From: Octopus sinensis
Taxonomy: Eukaryota
Assembly: GCF_006345805.1 (NCBI RefSeq)
Contig: NC_043019.1
Span: forward strand, 15,995,360 to 16,059,359
Reading direction: 5' to 3'
DNA length: 64,000 nt
Each line of letters starts with the position of its first letter. Positions within the stretch are counted from its first letter, which is position 1. Positions 1 through 12,718 of this stretch are shown here, one piece after another. The translations under genes were made by a program, and so were the position numbers. The notes beneath the pieces were generated by a model. The model was not told the DNA's origin. It ran no database searches and worked only from the letters and a program-made list of their open reading frames with translations.

Positions 1-611
1 TGCATATGTGTGTGTAGTCTGTATAAATTCTATACACACATACGTATAGGTACACACTCGCATACACATGTGTAAACAAATAATCACACACTCATATGTG
101 CATTTATACATTACATACATACATACGTTTGTGTGTGTATGTGTGTGTGTGTGTGCGTGTGTGTGTGTGCGTGCGTGCGTGCGTGTGTGTGTATGTGTGT
201 GTGTTTGTGTGTATGACAGCATTTTTGTCCACGGCGACAGCGACGACAACGACAACGATAACATCACCACCACCATCACCACTTCCACTACCAGTACCGC
301 CGCCACCACCATCATCAACTGCCTACGTTTAATTGCTTCTAATTAAAGACTGTGATGAAGGAAGCCAACATCATTTCCATTAAATAGATTATTATTTCAA
401 AGACCAACAAGTAGTTTGCAGAATTGGAAGTATGTGCGTGAAAGGAAGAGTGTGCTTGTGTGTGTGTGAGAGAGAGAGGAAGAGTGTATTTGTGTGTGTG
501 TTTGTATATGTGTATGTGTTAATATGTGCGTATGTGCCTGTGTTGGTGTGTGTAATTCTGTGTTTGTTTGTAAATGTGTGTACATATTTGTGTTTGTGTG
601 TGTGTGTGTGT

Positions 612-670
<59 letters not shown>

Positions 671-747
671 TATTTGTGTTTATGTGTAGGTTTAACTGCG
701 TACATACATATATTTTATGTGTAGGTTTAACTGCGTACATACATATA

Positions 748-2933
748 CAGTGATACCTCGCAGAACGAGTTTAATTCGTTCCATGACCGCGCTCGTTTTA
801 CGATTTTCTCGTTTTACAAATCAATTTCCCCCATTGAAATTAGTTAAAATATAATTAATCCGTTCCACCCTCCCAAAACCACATAAGAATCATTTTTAGT
901 GGGTTTTAGAACAGAAAAGGTGCAGGTACAATGAAAAACATAATAAAAGAGAATGCAAAAGAAATACGTAAACTGGTTTTATTAATTTAATTACCTTAAA
1001 GATGAGACGATTTGTGCATGGGGAAGACGATAAGGCGGGGAGGAGGATTACTGTTTGAAAGGAGAATTTCCTTCCATTAAGACTTCAGGAAGAACAATTT
1101 CTGACGATTTCTCTCACTTCGCTTAATTTAGGCTTCCTGGACACACTTTCTTCACCTTTCACTCTTGCGGGTCGTTTCATTAGAAACATATCAAGAGAAG
1201 TCTGCTTTTTCCTGCCTTTGAAAATGTTATGAAAATGCACAAGAGCAGTGTCATTAAATAAAGCAACTGCACGACCCGTAGATACTTTTTCAGAGTGATT
1301 TTTTCTAAAAATTCAGAAACATACTGCCACTTCGCTAATATGTCACTCGTAGAGGTAACCTTCTCCGTTACATTGTCCTCCCCCGGGGAACCAATCTCTT
1401 CCACCGCATCTGAATGCTGCTACTTCTGAAGCTGCAAGAGTTCATCTGCCGTCAGCTCCTGAGTGCCCCTCAACGAGATCGTTAATGTCCCCATTGTCAA
1501 CCTCTAGGCCCATGGACTTGCCAAGAAACACTATCTCCTCGACTACAAGTGTCTCAGACTGAAACCCCTCGAAGTCTCTTTCGGATACGCAGTCAGGCCA
1601 CAGTTTCCTCCATGCAAAATTCAGCTTTCTTTCGTTACACCCTGCCAGGCCATATAAATGAATTTCAGGCAGTTAACAATGTTGTAATGCTCCTTCCAAA
1701 ACTCCCGAAGGGTTAGATTTTTATTTTCAGTGAAATAGGTCTTTGGTGTACAGTTTTTAAAAATTAGAAGTCACCTCTTTGTCTATTGACTGCAAGATAG
1801 GGTTGGTGTTGCCTGAAAGGTGCAGAAATTTTATGAATTTAAATTCGTCCAGGATAATATCTTTGAGATTAGGAAGGTGCGCAGGAGCATTGTCAAGGAT
1901 GAGGAAGATCGTTCTCCAGAAAGTACTTTTCACTGCTGGTCCGAAGACAAGGTTGACACACTCAGTGAGGAATTGCCTGGTGACACAGGCTTTAACGTTT
2001 GCTCTCCATATGGTCTGCATCTTCTTCAGGATTTTGTGCGACTTGAAAGCTTGTGGATTTTCAGAACGGTAGAGAAGGAGCGGCTTAATTTTAAAGTCTC
2101 CACCTCGCATTGGCACAAAGGGCAAAAGTTAGTAAATCTTTCAAAGGCTTGTGGCCTGGCATTTTCTTCTCCTCTGCAGTTATGTAGGTTCTTCTGGGCA
2201 TCCCCCCACCCCCAAAAGGCCAGTTTTATCACAGTTGAATACCTGTTGTGGGATGTACCTCCTCGGTTGCGATGAGCTGACGGAATTCACGCACGAAATC
2301 CTCAGCTGCCTTCGTGTCAGAACTCGCTGCTTCTCCATACCTAACGATGCTATGAACACCAGTCCACTTCTTGAAATTGTCGAACCGCGACTGACCTCAC
2401 ATGCTTCTGCGTCGTTGTTCCAGGGTTCTGCTCCAGGAGATCCCCATACAACGCTCGTGCTTTCTCGCAAATGATGGTCTCCGTAATCGTATCCACTGCG
2501 AGTTGCTTCTCGTTGATCCACAAGAGAAGCAATTTTTCCATCTCTTCGTGGACAGATGTGCGTTGCTTGGAGAGCCTCGAAACAACCTTTGCTGTTGTGA
2601 CGACCTCGATCTCGTCCTTTTTCTTCAGGATGGTGCAGATCATCAACGTACTACGGTCGTATTGACATGCTATGTCCAATACATGCACTCTTATGTTTAT
2701 CAATGATTTCATTCTTCAATTCTATTGTAATCAGCTTTCTCTTCTTCTCAGCACTGTCCTTTGCACCAGCCTTCTTAGGACCCATGACTAACACAACTAA
2801 TTATTATAAAATTGTACGGAATTCGCTCGTATGCGGATTTCCACTCGTACTTCAAAACAAAACTTCCCTCGAGCCTTCGCTCGTACAGTAAATTACTCAT
2901 ACAATTGCGCTCTCATACTGCGGGGTTCTACTG
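748..2933 (-). mobile_element. Tigger/pogo-family DNA transposon, near full length (2186 bp), decayed
   Basis: Imperfect 22-bp TIRs: CAGTGATACCTCGCAGAACGAG at 748, and the reverse complement of the right end CAGTAGAACCCCGCAGTATGAG ending at 2933 (16/22 identical). TA flanks both ends (746-747, 2934-2935). Internal transposase remnants are on the minus strand. Confidence 0.92.
1180..2785 (-). pseudogene. Tigger-type (CENP-B HTH + DDE_1) transposase, multiple frameshifts
   Basis: ATG at 2785 gives MGPKKAGAKDSAEKKRKLITIELK. Other frames give the HTH segment EEMEKLLLLWINEKQLAVDTITETIICEKARALY (2350..2712), QQVFNCDKTGL (2180..2521) and KPLLLYRSENPQAFK...LILDNAPAH...NTNPILQSIDKEVTSNF (1757..2125). 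These are pogo/Tigger DDE motifs split over several frames. Confidence 0.88.
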
Positions 2934-4753
2934 TATGTAAATGCGTATGTGTGTATGTCTTTATAAATGTGTGTGTGTGTAAGTGTGGGTTATAAATTCT
3001 TTGTTGGTATATCGGTCACGTTGTGAGATTCATTCTAATCCAATCCAAGTCGACTGTGTATTCCACCCCTTCCTGGGACAACTGTCATATACTGTCATTT
3101 AATTGACAGTTCCCTGCCTGTTCCCTACCTTCCCTTGCACTGATTTTTTTAATGTCGTCTGCCACTGCTTGTCTCTCGTGGTAATTCCGACAATAAAAGT
3201 CTGAAGCCTATGATGTCATGTAGTTTATATTAATTTTTAGAACATTAGAAGAACGATCTTATGAAAAATAATATAGTAATATAGTTTCAATTTTGTTTCT
3301 ATAAATTTTAAGGGAAGCATTGCTTCCATGGACCGCACGCTTATCATATATATAAACACATACACATGCATATATGGATACAGGACAAGCTAACACAGAG
3401 AAAAGACCCTTCATCAGTTGACGGCTGTCTATCTACTCCTCATTTTGAGTATTCAACGACAGTATGAGTCTTCAAAGACAGTTGCTCCCATAAATTATAA
3501 AATAAAATGTAGGATTTATAGAGGGTCAAAATTGGGGACAAAATCATAACAAGGAAACCGAACGAAAACAAACATGGAGGATCGTTAGACTAGAACGAGA
3601 GGGAAATAGTGATGCTGGGAGAAATATTTTTTGAAAAGAGAAAAGTTAGAAGACGGAGAGAAAAACATGTCCGTTGGTTTCAGCGTCCGTGAGGAAAAGA
3701 AAGATGGTCACGTGAGAAAAAGAAAGATGGACAATGGTCACGTGTGAGCAACGAGAGAGAAAGAGAAAGAGGAGAAAGAGAAAGAGGAGAAAGAGAAAGA
3801 GGGGAAAGAGAGACAGAGAGAAAATGGTGAAGGAAGGAGGGGAGAAAAGGGAATTAGAGAAAAATGGAGGAAGAAAACAGTATAGAGTAGAGAGTGGTAT
3901 CAAAACGGTGAAGATAAACTTACTTGGAAATGAATGCGTCACTTTCAATTAAATAATGAATAATAAATAATATTTGTCTAGCTCGTAAACCTCTAGCGAC
4001 TTGCTAATTTGAGAACAGAGATTTCGTGGTAAGACGGTTTGACGTTTACTTTTAGCATACAAGGGATCCACATAGTGGTCTCTCATATTGTTTATATTCA
4101 AATAGAATTCAGAGTTCTCGGACGTTTTTTAAGTGTGCTGACCACTGGTTGAAATTGATTTTATTTGATAATATTTAATAATATCAATTTCTACTCTTAT
4201 ATATATATATACATATACATATATATAAGAGTAGAAAAAATGGCAGGGACATAGTGAAGTGGTCCCTGTCATTTTTTCTCGCCCCTCCTTAATTTTTCTG
4301 TCCATCTGCTTATACAACTCTCTCTCTTCACTTCCCCTCCTTAATTCTTTTGTTCCTCTTTTTCTCTCTCTTCTCTTCCCACGTGACCGATAGGTCAGAC
4401 TGCTAGCCCTCCTTTTGCGTCTGACCGTGGTCAGTGCAACATCGATATTCTTCCCTGTGTTTGTGAAAGTTTTGTATCTCTGCCGTAAGGCTTCATTTCC
4501 ACACACGCCAGCTGAATTCAATTCGTCCCCAGTCGAAAGACACCTGTTGTTATGTCCTGTTATTATTATTTTTATTGTATTTTGTATTTATATTTGTGTA
4601 ACATCGTCTGTTTTCCCGTCCTTGTTTTCATATACATTCGATGCTTTCTTCCAAGGAATCTAATGCTCTTAGCTTAGTTTTTTCCTTGGGGCTAGCCAGA
4701 TTGGAGCAATCTCAAGATTAATCAGCCGAAATTGCGAGGATGATTCGGTTCTC

Positions 4754-4870
<117 letters not shown>

Positions 4871-5584
4871 GACAAGAAGTTTAAAATGTTTTGTGAGTCT
4901 GTGTATGTATGCGCGTGCGCTATGGTGTGTGTGTGTGTGCGATCGCGTAGAATCTCCATCTTTGGTTCAATGAGTACATTGGTGTTTATCAATTTAAGAA
5001 ATTAACCAATTTAATGTATTGGTAAATTTCCTACCAGTTATTATTAAACTGTCAAAGTAAACAGCAGTATGTAAATTAGCTGGGTCATTATGCGTGAACT
5101 AAACGATTCATCTCTTTGCGTTTAAGCTATCAACTACTTTCCTTTCTCTCCCCCCAACACGTTGCACATACAATGTTGAAGTTAAATGAACTTTGACGAT
5201 GATTAATAATCTTGGACCGATGCTATACACTGTCTGTTCGTCACCTATGTCCACTTTCTTCCCCACCCTCTCACCTCTCTCACTCCCTTTGTTCTATTTT
5301 ATAGCTGAAGTCCTATGCTTCATTTTATAGCTAAAGTATATATGGCTTTAAATGCCCACACATGCGCGCACACTTACACTGACACACAGACATACGGAAG
5401 TCGTACACAGACACACACGTATGCACGTCCACAGATGCACACACTCACACAAGACGTATGCATACACACATATGTACAGACACGTACATACATATACCGG
5501 CACAAACACACTCACGCACGCGCACACACACACACACACCACACACACACACACACACAGCAACCCCATGCCATTGGCGAATTA

Positions 5585-5735
5585 GCCAAGGTCTTGAATT
5601 GGCAGAGTCATTAGAGCATTGGACAGAGGGATCCGCTCTATTTGTTCCGACTGTCTTCGCTCTGAGTTCAAATCCTGTCAAAATTAACCTTGTCTTTCAT
5701 CCTTTCGGGGGCGGGGGCGATAAAAATAGTACAAA
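5585..5735 (+). mobile_element. Diverged tRNA-derived SINE (family A in this window)
   Basis: GAATTGGCAGAGTCATTAG...CTCTGAGTTCAAATCC...CTTTCATCCTTTCGGGG...GATAAAAATAGTAC: A/B-box-like head and the same body as the copies at 11.7, 18.3 and 24.6-25.0 kb. Confidence 0.6.
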
Positions 5736-6721
5736 TCCATGGCGACAGACTGACACAGAACTGTAAGAACGTCAGACGGGACAGATACTTTACAGTATTG
5801 GATCCACCATTTGAAGTTCAAACCCCGTCATGGCCTACCTGGGTGGTAGACTTAATCGGCTACCCGCTTTAACACCACCACTATCTGGCACTTAGGGTGT
5901 CTTCAGTCGAGTTTATTCTGTTGCAAACATTCGGGCCTGGTTTTCAGTTATATGGATATCTTCTTCCATCTGCTTTCTCCCTACCAGTCCCAGAGACCCT
6001 ATGTAGAATCGTGAGTACTGCCTACGTCACTGACTTATAAGAAGAAGAAAGAAACACGTACATAAACCCACATACAGATACGTACATCTCTTTACCCCAC
6101 CCCTTCTCTCCCTCTTTCTTTCTCTGTGTGTGTATATATATATATTATATATATATATATTATATATTATATATATATATATTATATATATATTATATAT
6201 ATATATATATTAAAAGGATGTGTTATAAAACTATTCCACAGCCATACCAACAATCCAATATACCCCTCTCATCAGCTGCCCCACGGATATCATTATGGCT
6301 TCGATATCTGGGTAGTACCATTTAATCCGGCGGTGTCAACAGCACTAAAATAAGTATTGTTTGGGAAAAAGACCCCAAAGAAACCACAACTTTCAAACAC
6401 ATTTATTCAATGTGCAACCGTTTCCATAAATAAATTCAATAAGTAAATTGCAACCACTCCTAAATACAGAACTAAACAGCGACAACTCTATTAAGTCATA
6501 CAAACATTATAATCCCTACCTTCTTCCGTAGTATAATATAAAAGTAAAAGCTTAATAACCACAATATTTCAATCAATATATAAGCAGGATTAAACACTAA
6601 CTTTAATAAAACTACAACAAAGGGACGTATAAAACCAATGTACATTGTATCGGTATTAATAGTAAACTGCAGTAACTAAATTGTATACTAAATTGCGACC
6701 AATCTTTAAGTCCCTACAAAT

Positions 6722-6741
6722 ATTTTCCACATATGTTGTAG

Positions 6742-6774
<33 letters not shown>

Positions 6775-6798
6775 ATATCTACAACATATGTAGAAAAT
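6722..6798. repeat. Inverted repeat centred on a (TA)n tract
   Basis: ATTTTCCACATATGTTGTAGA (6722-6742) and TCTACAACATATGTAGAAAAT (6778-6798) are complementary with 1 mismatch and flank about 35 nt of TA. Confidence 0.9.
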
Positions 6799-6864
6799 CG
6801 GTGTGTGTTTGTTTGTGGCGTTGTTAGCTAACTCCTACATCATTTTATTGATTTTGAAGAAACT

Positions 6865-7292
6865 TGACACGTGAGTAGAACTCATGTCTGGAAACCTCAT
6901 GACATACTTAAATTGTTGAAAAAAATCGATAATACGGCCCTTGGAAGGGACCTTCATATCTGCCTCATATAACTAATTTTTTTAAGCACCCAAGGGAAAT
7001 AATCCATAGCAACTGTACAATATTTTTTTAAACACTCAAGGGAAATAACCCATTTCATTGTTTATGTTCGATTACTTTGAATATTGATTTTTGTGTGTGT
7101 CCTATTTCTAATTTTTTGCAGACAATATCACTTTTATACTTTATTTGACATGTGAATAGAACTTGTGTCTGGAAACCACCTTTCATACTTAGATTGTTGA
7201 AAAAAAAATCGATAATAGGGCCCTTCCAATGGGTCCTTCTATCTACTACATATTACTAATATTTTGTTTAAGCAACCCAAGGGAAATAACCC
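6865..7292. repeat. Old direct duplication of a ~145-bp segment, period ~280 bp
   Basis: TTGACA(C/T)GTGA..AGAACT..TGTCTGGAAACC...TTGTTGAAAAAAA(A)TCGATAATA.GGCCCTT...CAAGGGAAATAA occurs at ~6865 and ~7145, with an extra CAAGGGAAATAACCC at ~7037. Confidence 0.75.
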
Positions 7293-7818
7293 AAACCACC
7301 TGCAGATTTTAGCGAAATGATCAATATTTGATTCTCACGATCAGCCGACCTAATTCGTCTTTCTTCCTGATACAGTAGTAACTTCTAAGTTGAAGTGAAG
7401 ACAGCATGTTCTTTGTCTATCTCCTTACCTTCTTGGAGATTTTAGGTAAAATTATACTAATGTGTCCATATGTTTTAATTTAATTAAATTCTATGTCTTT
7501 ATGCAGCTGAGGATTGCTTTGCATTTAAATTGATGTAATGATTGCATTGTTCAATTAAATGGAGTTGCTTGAAACGATCGTACTGCATTACCTCTGGATA
7601 TCCTTGTTGCTTATTTTGATTTCAATCACCTTATTTTGTATGGATAATACCATACTAAATTCTTGTGCCTTAACTTAGGTACCATATTCATCTGATATAT
7701 ATATATATATATACATACATTCATACATATATATATATATAATAAATTCAGGGTGAATACTTGATAAGTATAAGCACCTGTATATGCCAGCTAGTAGCAA
7801 TATACACACACGCACGTC

Positions 7819-7907
<89 letters not shown>

Positions 7908-7962
7908 GATGGTTTTTTTGGAGTAAGCAGCATCGATTTTTACAATTCTGTGAATAATAATA

Positions 7963-8150
7963 GTATTTTATAAGCTTAAAGCTTATAAGCGATCACCGTG
8001 GAATGACTAATGAAAATAGACTAATAATGAGGCATATAAGCCCTCGTCGGAAAAAGGTGTTCCCGTCGAGGGCTTATATGCCCCAATATTAGACTATTTT
8101 CTTTAGTCATTGCACGGTGATCGCTTATAAGTTTTTAGGTTATAAAATAC
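7963..8150. repeat. ~190-bp imperfect palindrome (fold-back / MITE-like)
   Basis: Left arm GTATTTTATAAGCTT...GGCATATAAGCCCTCG pairs with right arm CGAGGGCTTATATGCC...TTATAAAATAC. Arms are ~90 bp with roughly 10 mismatches. Confidence 0.85.
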
Positions 8151-8182
8151 GATATATATAAACGTGTGTGTGTACACACGCA

Positions 8183-8302
<120 letters not shown>

Positions 8303-8696
8303 TATATTGGTCCTCATGAAGCACATCTGCATATTCCAGTACCCCAAAGTATATTTGTACATGTTATATTGTATATGAGAATTGAAAACACCGGAAAATA
8401 CTTTTTCCAACGTAATTACATTGGAAAACAGAAGACTGGAAAAATTGATTTTTTTTTTATTCTTCATTATGTGTTTCATTATGTAATAAGAATTACAGAG
8501 GTAATAGAAAACATGTAAAACTTCTATTAGTAATTCTTCTGATAGAGAATGAAACTAATTCAAAATTACATTGATGGAGCTATAATATATAGTATTTAGA
8601 GATATTTAGAGAGGAATATATATATATATAAAAGAATATTAATAAAGAGAGTGATTTAGAAATAGATGTAATACGCACACACGAATTATATTTATA

Positions 8697-8735
8697 TCGC
8701 ATGAAGATCGCAGTAGCGTGAAATTCCAGTCACGA
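8697..8735 (+). ncRNA. Degenerate type I hammerhead-like motif
   Basis: TCGC-ATGAAGA-TCGC-AGTA-GCGT-GAAA-TTCCA-GTC-ACGA: hammerhead order, but C3 is replaced by A and helices I-III are weak or mismatched. Confidence 0.3.
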
Positions 8736-8804
8736 GAAAAACCCTCAGTTTCAGTTTCAATAAAATAAACTATATCTTCTACAATGTGTATTATGCATGT
8801 ATTA

Positions 8805-8826
8805 AGTATGTGTGTATTCATGTATG

Positions 8827-8860
<34 letters not shown>

Positions 8861-9125
8861 TGTATGTATGTATGTATGTATATGTATGTATGTATGTATG
8901 CATTTATGTATGTATGAATATATGTATGTATGTATGTATGTATGTAAGTATGTATGTATGTATGTATGTATGCATTTATGTATGTATGAATATATGTATG
9001 AATGTATGTATGTATGTATGTATGAATGTATGTGTGCATGAATGTATGTATGTATGTGTGTATTCATGTATGTATGTATGTATGTATGTGTGTATATATG
9101 TATGTGTGCATGAATGTATGTATGT
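8805..9125. repeat. (ATGT)n tetranucleotide microsatellite with variant units
   Basis: Read directly; source of the MYVC/TYIH ORFs. Confidence 0.95.
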
Positions 9126-9690
9126 ACGTACACATACACACGCACACACACGATATTATCATACAATGCTGACTGCAACGGCTGAACATTCATGCAATTT
9201 CATTCATATAATCCAAACAATAACCTTTTGGGAGATTATGCAACAAGTATTTTACTTCTCGAAAGATCGATGGTTGCTTCAATTTACTACATGTTTTTAG
9301 TTGAAAGTTCTCGACAATACCAGCGTAATTAAGTTTAGCATTACACATTGGGAACAAAACCAACCACGAATTATGTGGAGCACTATGCGCGGTACAGCTC
9401 AGTAAGAAATAGAGTTTTTTTGTTTGTTTAAATGCTGGCTACAAGGAATGTATATTTGTTTCGTTTCTTTTAAAAAATTTCAAGCAGTAATCTTGAATAA
9501 GCTTTGTGCAGAAGTCATTAGTTTACTTTAAAATTCTATATACATTTGGTTCAAAATATACTCGAGAATACGATTGTAATTTTAGTTTAATTTCGCTTTG
9601 TTGAGAACAAAGGAGACTATGACAGTGTACAACCGTTGTGGTATTTTATTAAATCCATTAATTACTTAGAATTGCATCGAGTTCTTTACG

Positions 9691-9880
9691 TACGAGTGGG
9701 TGCTGAAAAGTTCCTGGCTTTGGATTTAAAAAATACAGGAGGATCAGTTAATTATGATTTTATTCAACATATTCTCCTCTCAGGTTTACACACTTATTTG
9801 CAACGGTACTTCAGTTTTTTCTAAACCCCGTAAAAGAACTCGGTAGGTTGGACCTCCAATCAGGCCTTTCGCGATACTGT
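9691..9880 (+). mobile_element. Mariner-like terminal fragment
   Basis: Starts TA-CGAGTGGGTGCTGAAAAGTTCCTGGCTTT, resembling a mariner TIR. No partner TIR or transposase found nearby. Confidence 0.5.
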
Positions 9881-9920
9881 GGGGTGGAGACAAACATAGA
9901 CACACACACACACACACACT

Positions 9921-10130
9921 GGAACCACTTGGCAACCGTTGTTGGTGTGTTTACGTCCCCATAACTTAGCGGTTCGACAATAGAGGCCGATAGAATAAGT
10001 ACCAGGATTTAAGAAAGAATCTTCTATAAAGTAGTGGAGTCAATTCCTTCGACTAAAAAGTTTTCAAGGCGGTGCCCCAGCATGGCCGCAGTCTAACGAC
10101 TGAAACAAGTGAAAGGTAAAAGATAAAAGA
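9921..10130 (+). mobile_element. SINE family B, 3' half
   Basis: GTGTGTTTACGTCCCCATAACTTAGCGGTTCG...GATAGAATAAGTACCAGG...GGCGGTGCCCCAGCATGGCCGCAGTC...TGAAACAAGT: same body as the copies at 11.3, 14.8, 28.1 and 34.8 kb. Confidence 0.8.
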
Positions 10131-11204
10131 CATACATATACATTCATTCACACATACAGGCTTGCCTGCATACATACACACACACGCACACGCACGCATG
10201 CACACAGAGTACGTAGATACATATGGACTTGTTGTTTCCAGCAATGTGGGGCAAGTGTTTCCAAAGACACATCTTCAACGATTAAACGAGGATAAAGAAT
10301 GAAACATTAAAAAGAATAAGTGGAACTTTTGTGGCTATCAGATTTTCTCGTTATCAAAACTATATATAACTCAAGGCATTAATAACAACCATTCAAAGAT
10401 TTGTATTTCCTTTCTTTTCATTCATATTGTTTTCAAGTTCACCAGAGAATATGGGCAACAGACTTTGTAGTTTTTAGTATATTGACAGATTGGAATGAGG
10501 GCAATTTTTTTTTGTTTTTGCTTTTTGTTCTTTTAAATTTTGCAGATGTGTTATAATCAAACGATAACTTAATTTGCGAGATAAAAACTTCAGCTTTAAA
10601 AAAAAAAACTGAAGTCAATAAACGTCTTTCTTAACAACGGTTGTCGGCTGTAATGATGAATTGTGGGGGAGGATTAAGTTTTGACAGAAAGAATACAAAA
10701 ACAAAAGAAATACAAAATATATATATGACTGAAAATTGTTAATTCACACCTGAAATTTCCTTCCACACACTTCTCCATCTCATATCTTTAAGTAAATTAA
10801 ATATGAAGCTCTGTTTATTATCTGATGCTTCTTTAACCGTTACTTTTATTTAAAAAAAAAAACAAAAAACGGATTGCTTATCTTAAATCCACTTTAAATG
10901 TTGTTAAGCTTATCACAGTGCACTAACCTTGTTAGTAACTCCTTCCACGGCTGATAAGACTCTTAACTATGATTTTTTAAAAAAACTTTTGTCTGCTAGA
11001 AGTGGAAGCGCCAAAATACGGAACATTCAAAGTGTATATATATGTGATTGTATGTGTGACTAGGTGAGCCTTGATCTACGTGGTCGCTTGGTTTACTAGA
11101 TATAGCAAACAAACACCCCTCAGTTATCAGTCTTCTACTGTCTTAAAAGCGTCTTATAGAGAAAAATAAAAGAGAGAAAAGAAAAGGAAGATACACCGGT
11201 TAAT

Positions 11205-11397
11205 CTCTTTAACTTTTATCTTTTACTTGGTTCATTCACTGGATAGCAGTCATGCTGGGGCAGTGCTTTGGATGGTTTCGTTGAACCAATCGACCTCAAT
11301 GCTAATTTTTAAAGCTTGGTGCCAATTCTATCGGAATTTGTTGCCGAATCTGTAAGTTACGGGGATGTAAACAAACCAGCAATGATTGTCAACGCAA
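11205..11397 (-). mobile_element. SINE family B, 3' half, diverged
   Basis: Reverse complement of the family B tail (CATGCTGGGGCA...TTCTATCGG...AAGTTACGGGGATGTAAACAAACC). Confidence 0.7.
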
Positions 11398-11690
11398 ACA
11401 CAGATTTGCATAGAGCAATATAATACATTCTTTTTAGTATCGTTCCCTCCTTCAATTACTCCGATGAAGTAAAACGAACCATTGATGATGCATGCTGCTA
11501 TTGTTGCTCTTCTTTTTCTTCCACTTCTCTTATCCTCGTTTTTCTTTTTAATCTCATATTATTCCTGATAGACCAGATCAATAACCAAAGATGTTCCAAC
11601 CATGACCAAGCCATTCTTTTCTTATATATTGGTTCCAAATCCAACAAGTTCGTGAGACCAGTTGAGCGCTGGGGTCGATGTAGCTGATCT

Positions 11691-11831
11691 CAGTACTCAA
11701 CTGGTCTTCATTTTATCGATACCAGAAGGCTTAATGGCAAAGTCGGCATTTGAACTCAAGGCGTAAAGTCAGAACAAATGCCGCAAAGTATCTTGTCCAG
11801 CGCGGTAATTACTCTGCTAGTTCGCCACCTT
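11691..11831 (-). mobile_element. SINE family A
   Basis: AGTACTCAACTGGT...TTTTATCGA...GCAAAGTCGGCATTTGAACTC...TCTGCTAGTTCGCCACC matches the reverse complement of family A. Confidence 0.7.
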
Positions 11832-12238
11832 ATTCTTTTCGGATCTGTTCAGTTTTGCTCACAAAGAAATAATTTTAAAATCTGTGAGCGAAATTGAAAG
11901 ATCCTGGCGAAAGGAAAGTGTTGCTCCTTGGTCATAGCTGACACAAAAATACGCTTTCGGCAGCAAAAAAGACGATGCCACCTTTATCTTTTTTTCCTTT
12001 CTAGTCAGCAACGTGCATTCCTTATTCTTTCCCTCTCTACTGGCAGACAGCCACTTCTACACACCAGCGAGCGAACTTGCGAACTTGTCACTGCCACTAC
12101 GATTACTGTTTTTTTTTATTTATTTTCAAAACACTTTTAAAACAGACTATACCCTTAATCTAGATCGAGTTGACCTATGATCAAAGATGTTCCAGGTATG
12201 ACCATTTTTAGATGTTCCAGGTATGACCATCCCATTTT

Positions 12239-12405
12239 TAGGCGCAGGCATGACTGGTTAAGAAGCTCGCTTTAAAACCACGTGCTTTCAGTTCGGTCCC
12301 ACTGCACGATACCTTGAGCAAGTGTTTTTCTCTGTAGCTCTGGGCGGACCACTGCCTTCTTCATGAATTTGATAGACGAAAACTGTGTGGAAGCCTGTCG
12401 TTTAT
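12239..12405 (+). mobile_element. SINE family B, tRNA-like head
   Basis: TAGGCGCAGG...GGTTAAGAAGCTCGCTT...GTTCGGTCCCACTGC...CCTTGAGCAAGTGT...GGAAGCCTGTCGT, then (TG)n. Confidence 0.75.
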
Positions 12406-12410
12406 GTGTA

Positions 12411-12442
<32 letters not shown>

Positions 12443-12669
12443 TTGTGTGAGTGTGCGCGCGTGCGTGCGTGTATGGGCATGCGTGTGCTCGTGTTTAAGT
12501 TATTTTTTCTAGAATACCTTTTTAGAAGGACACAAAACAAATCTGATTTGAGTTCTCATATAAATATGTGTGGTTGTGTGTATGAGTATGTGTGAGTGTG
12601 TGTATGTGTATGTATGTACATATATATATATATTCATTTATAAATGTGAATATACATATACACGCGCAC

Positions 12670-12718
<49 letters not shown>

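Noticed and set aside
3375-3430. CTGATGA on the minus strand (3411-3417) in a repeat-like segment
   Set aside because: No GAAA/NUH half within range; sequence runs into a microsatellite. May be a truncated pseudo-LTR but cannot be called a ribozyme.
5851-5912. CUGAAGA-CACC...GGUG-UUAAA...GUA on the minus strand
   Set aside because: GAAA is broken and helices I and III do not pair in register.
6225-6290. CTGATGA on the minus strand near 6270
   Set aside because: No helix II partner or GAAA box follows.
12004-12150. Strong acceptor TTTTTTTCCTTTCTAG followed by open frames
   Set aside because: No convincing donor, no recognisable peptide, and the frames run into T-rich sequence.
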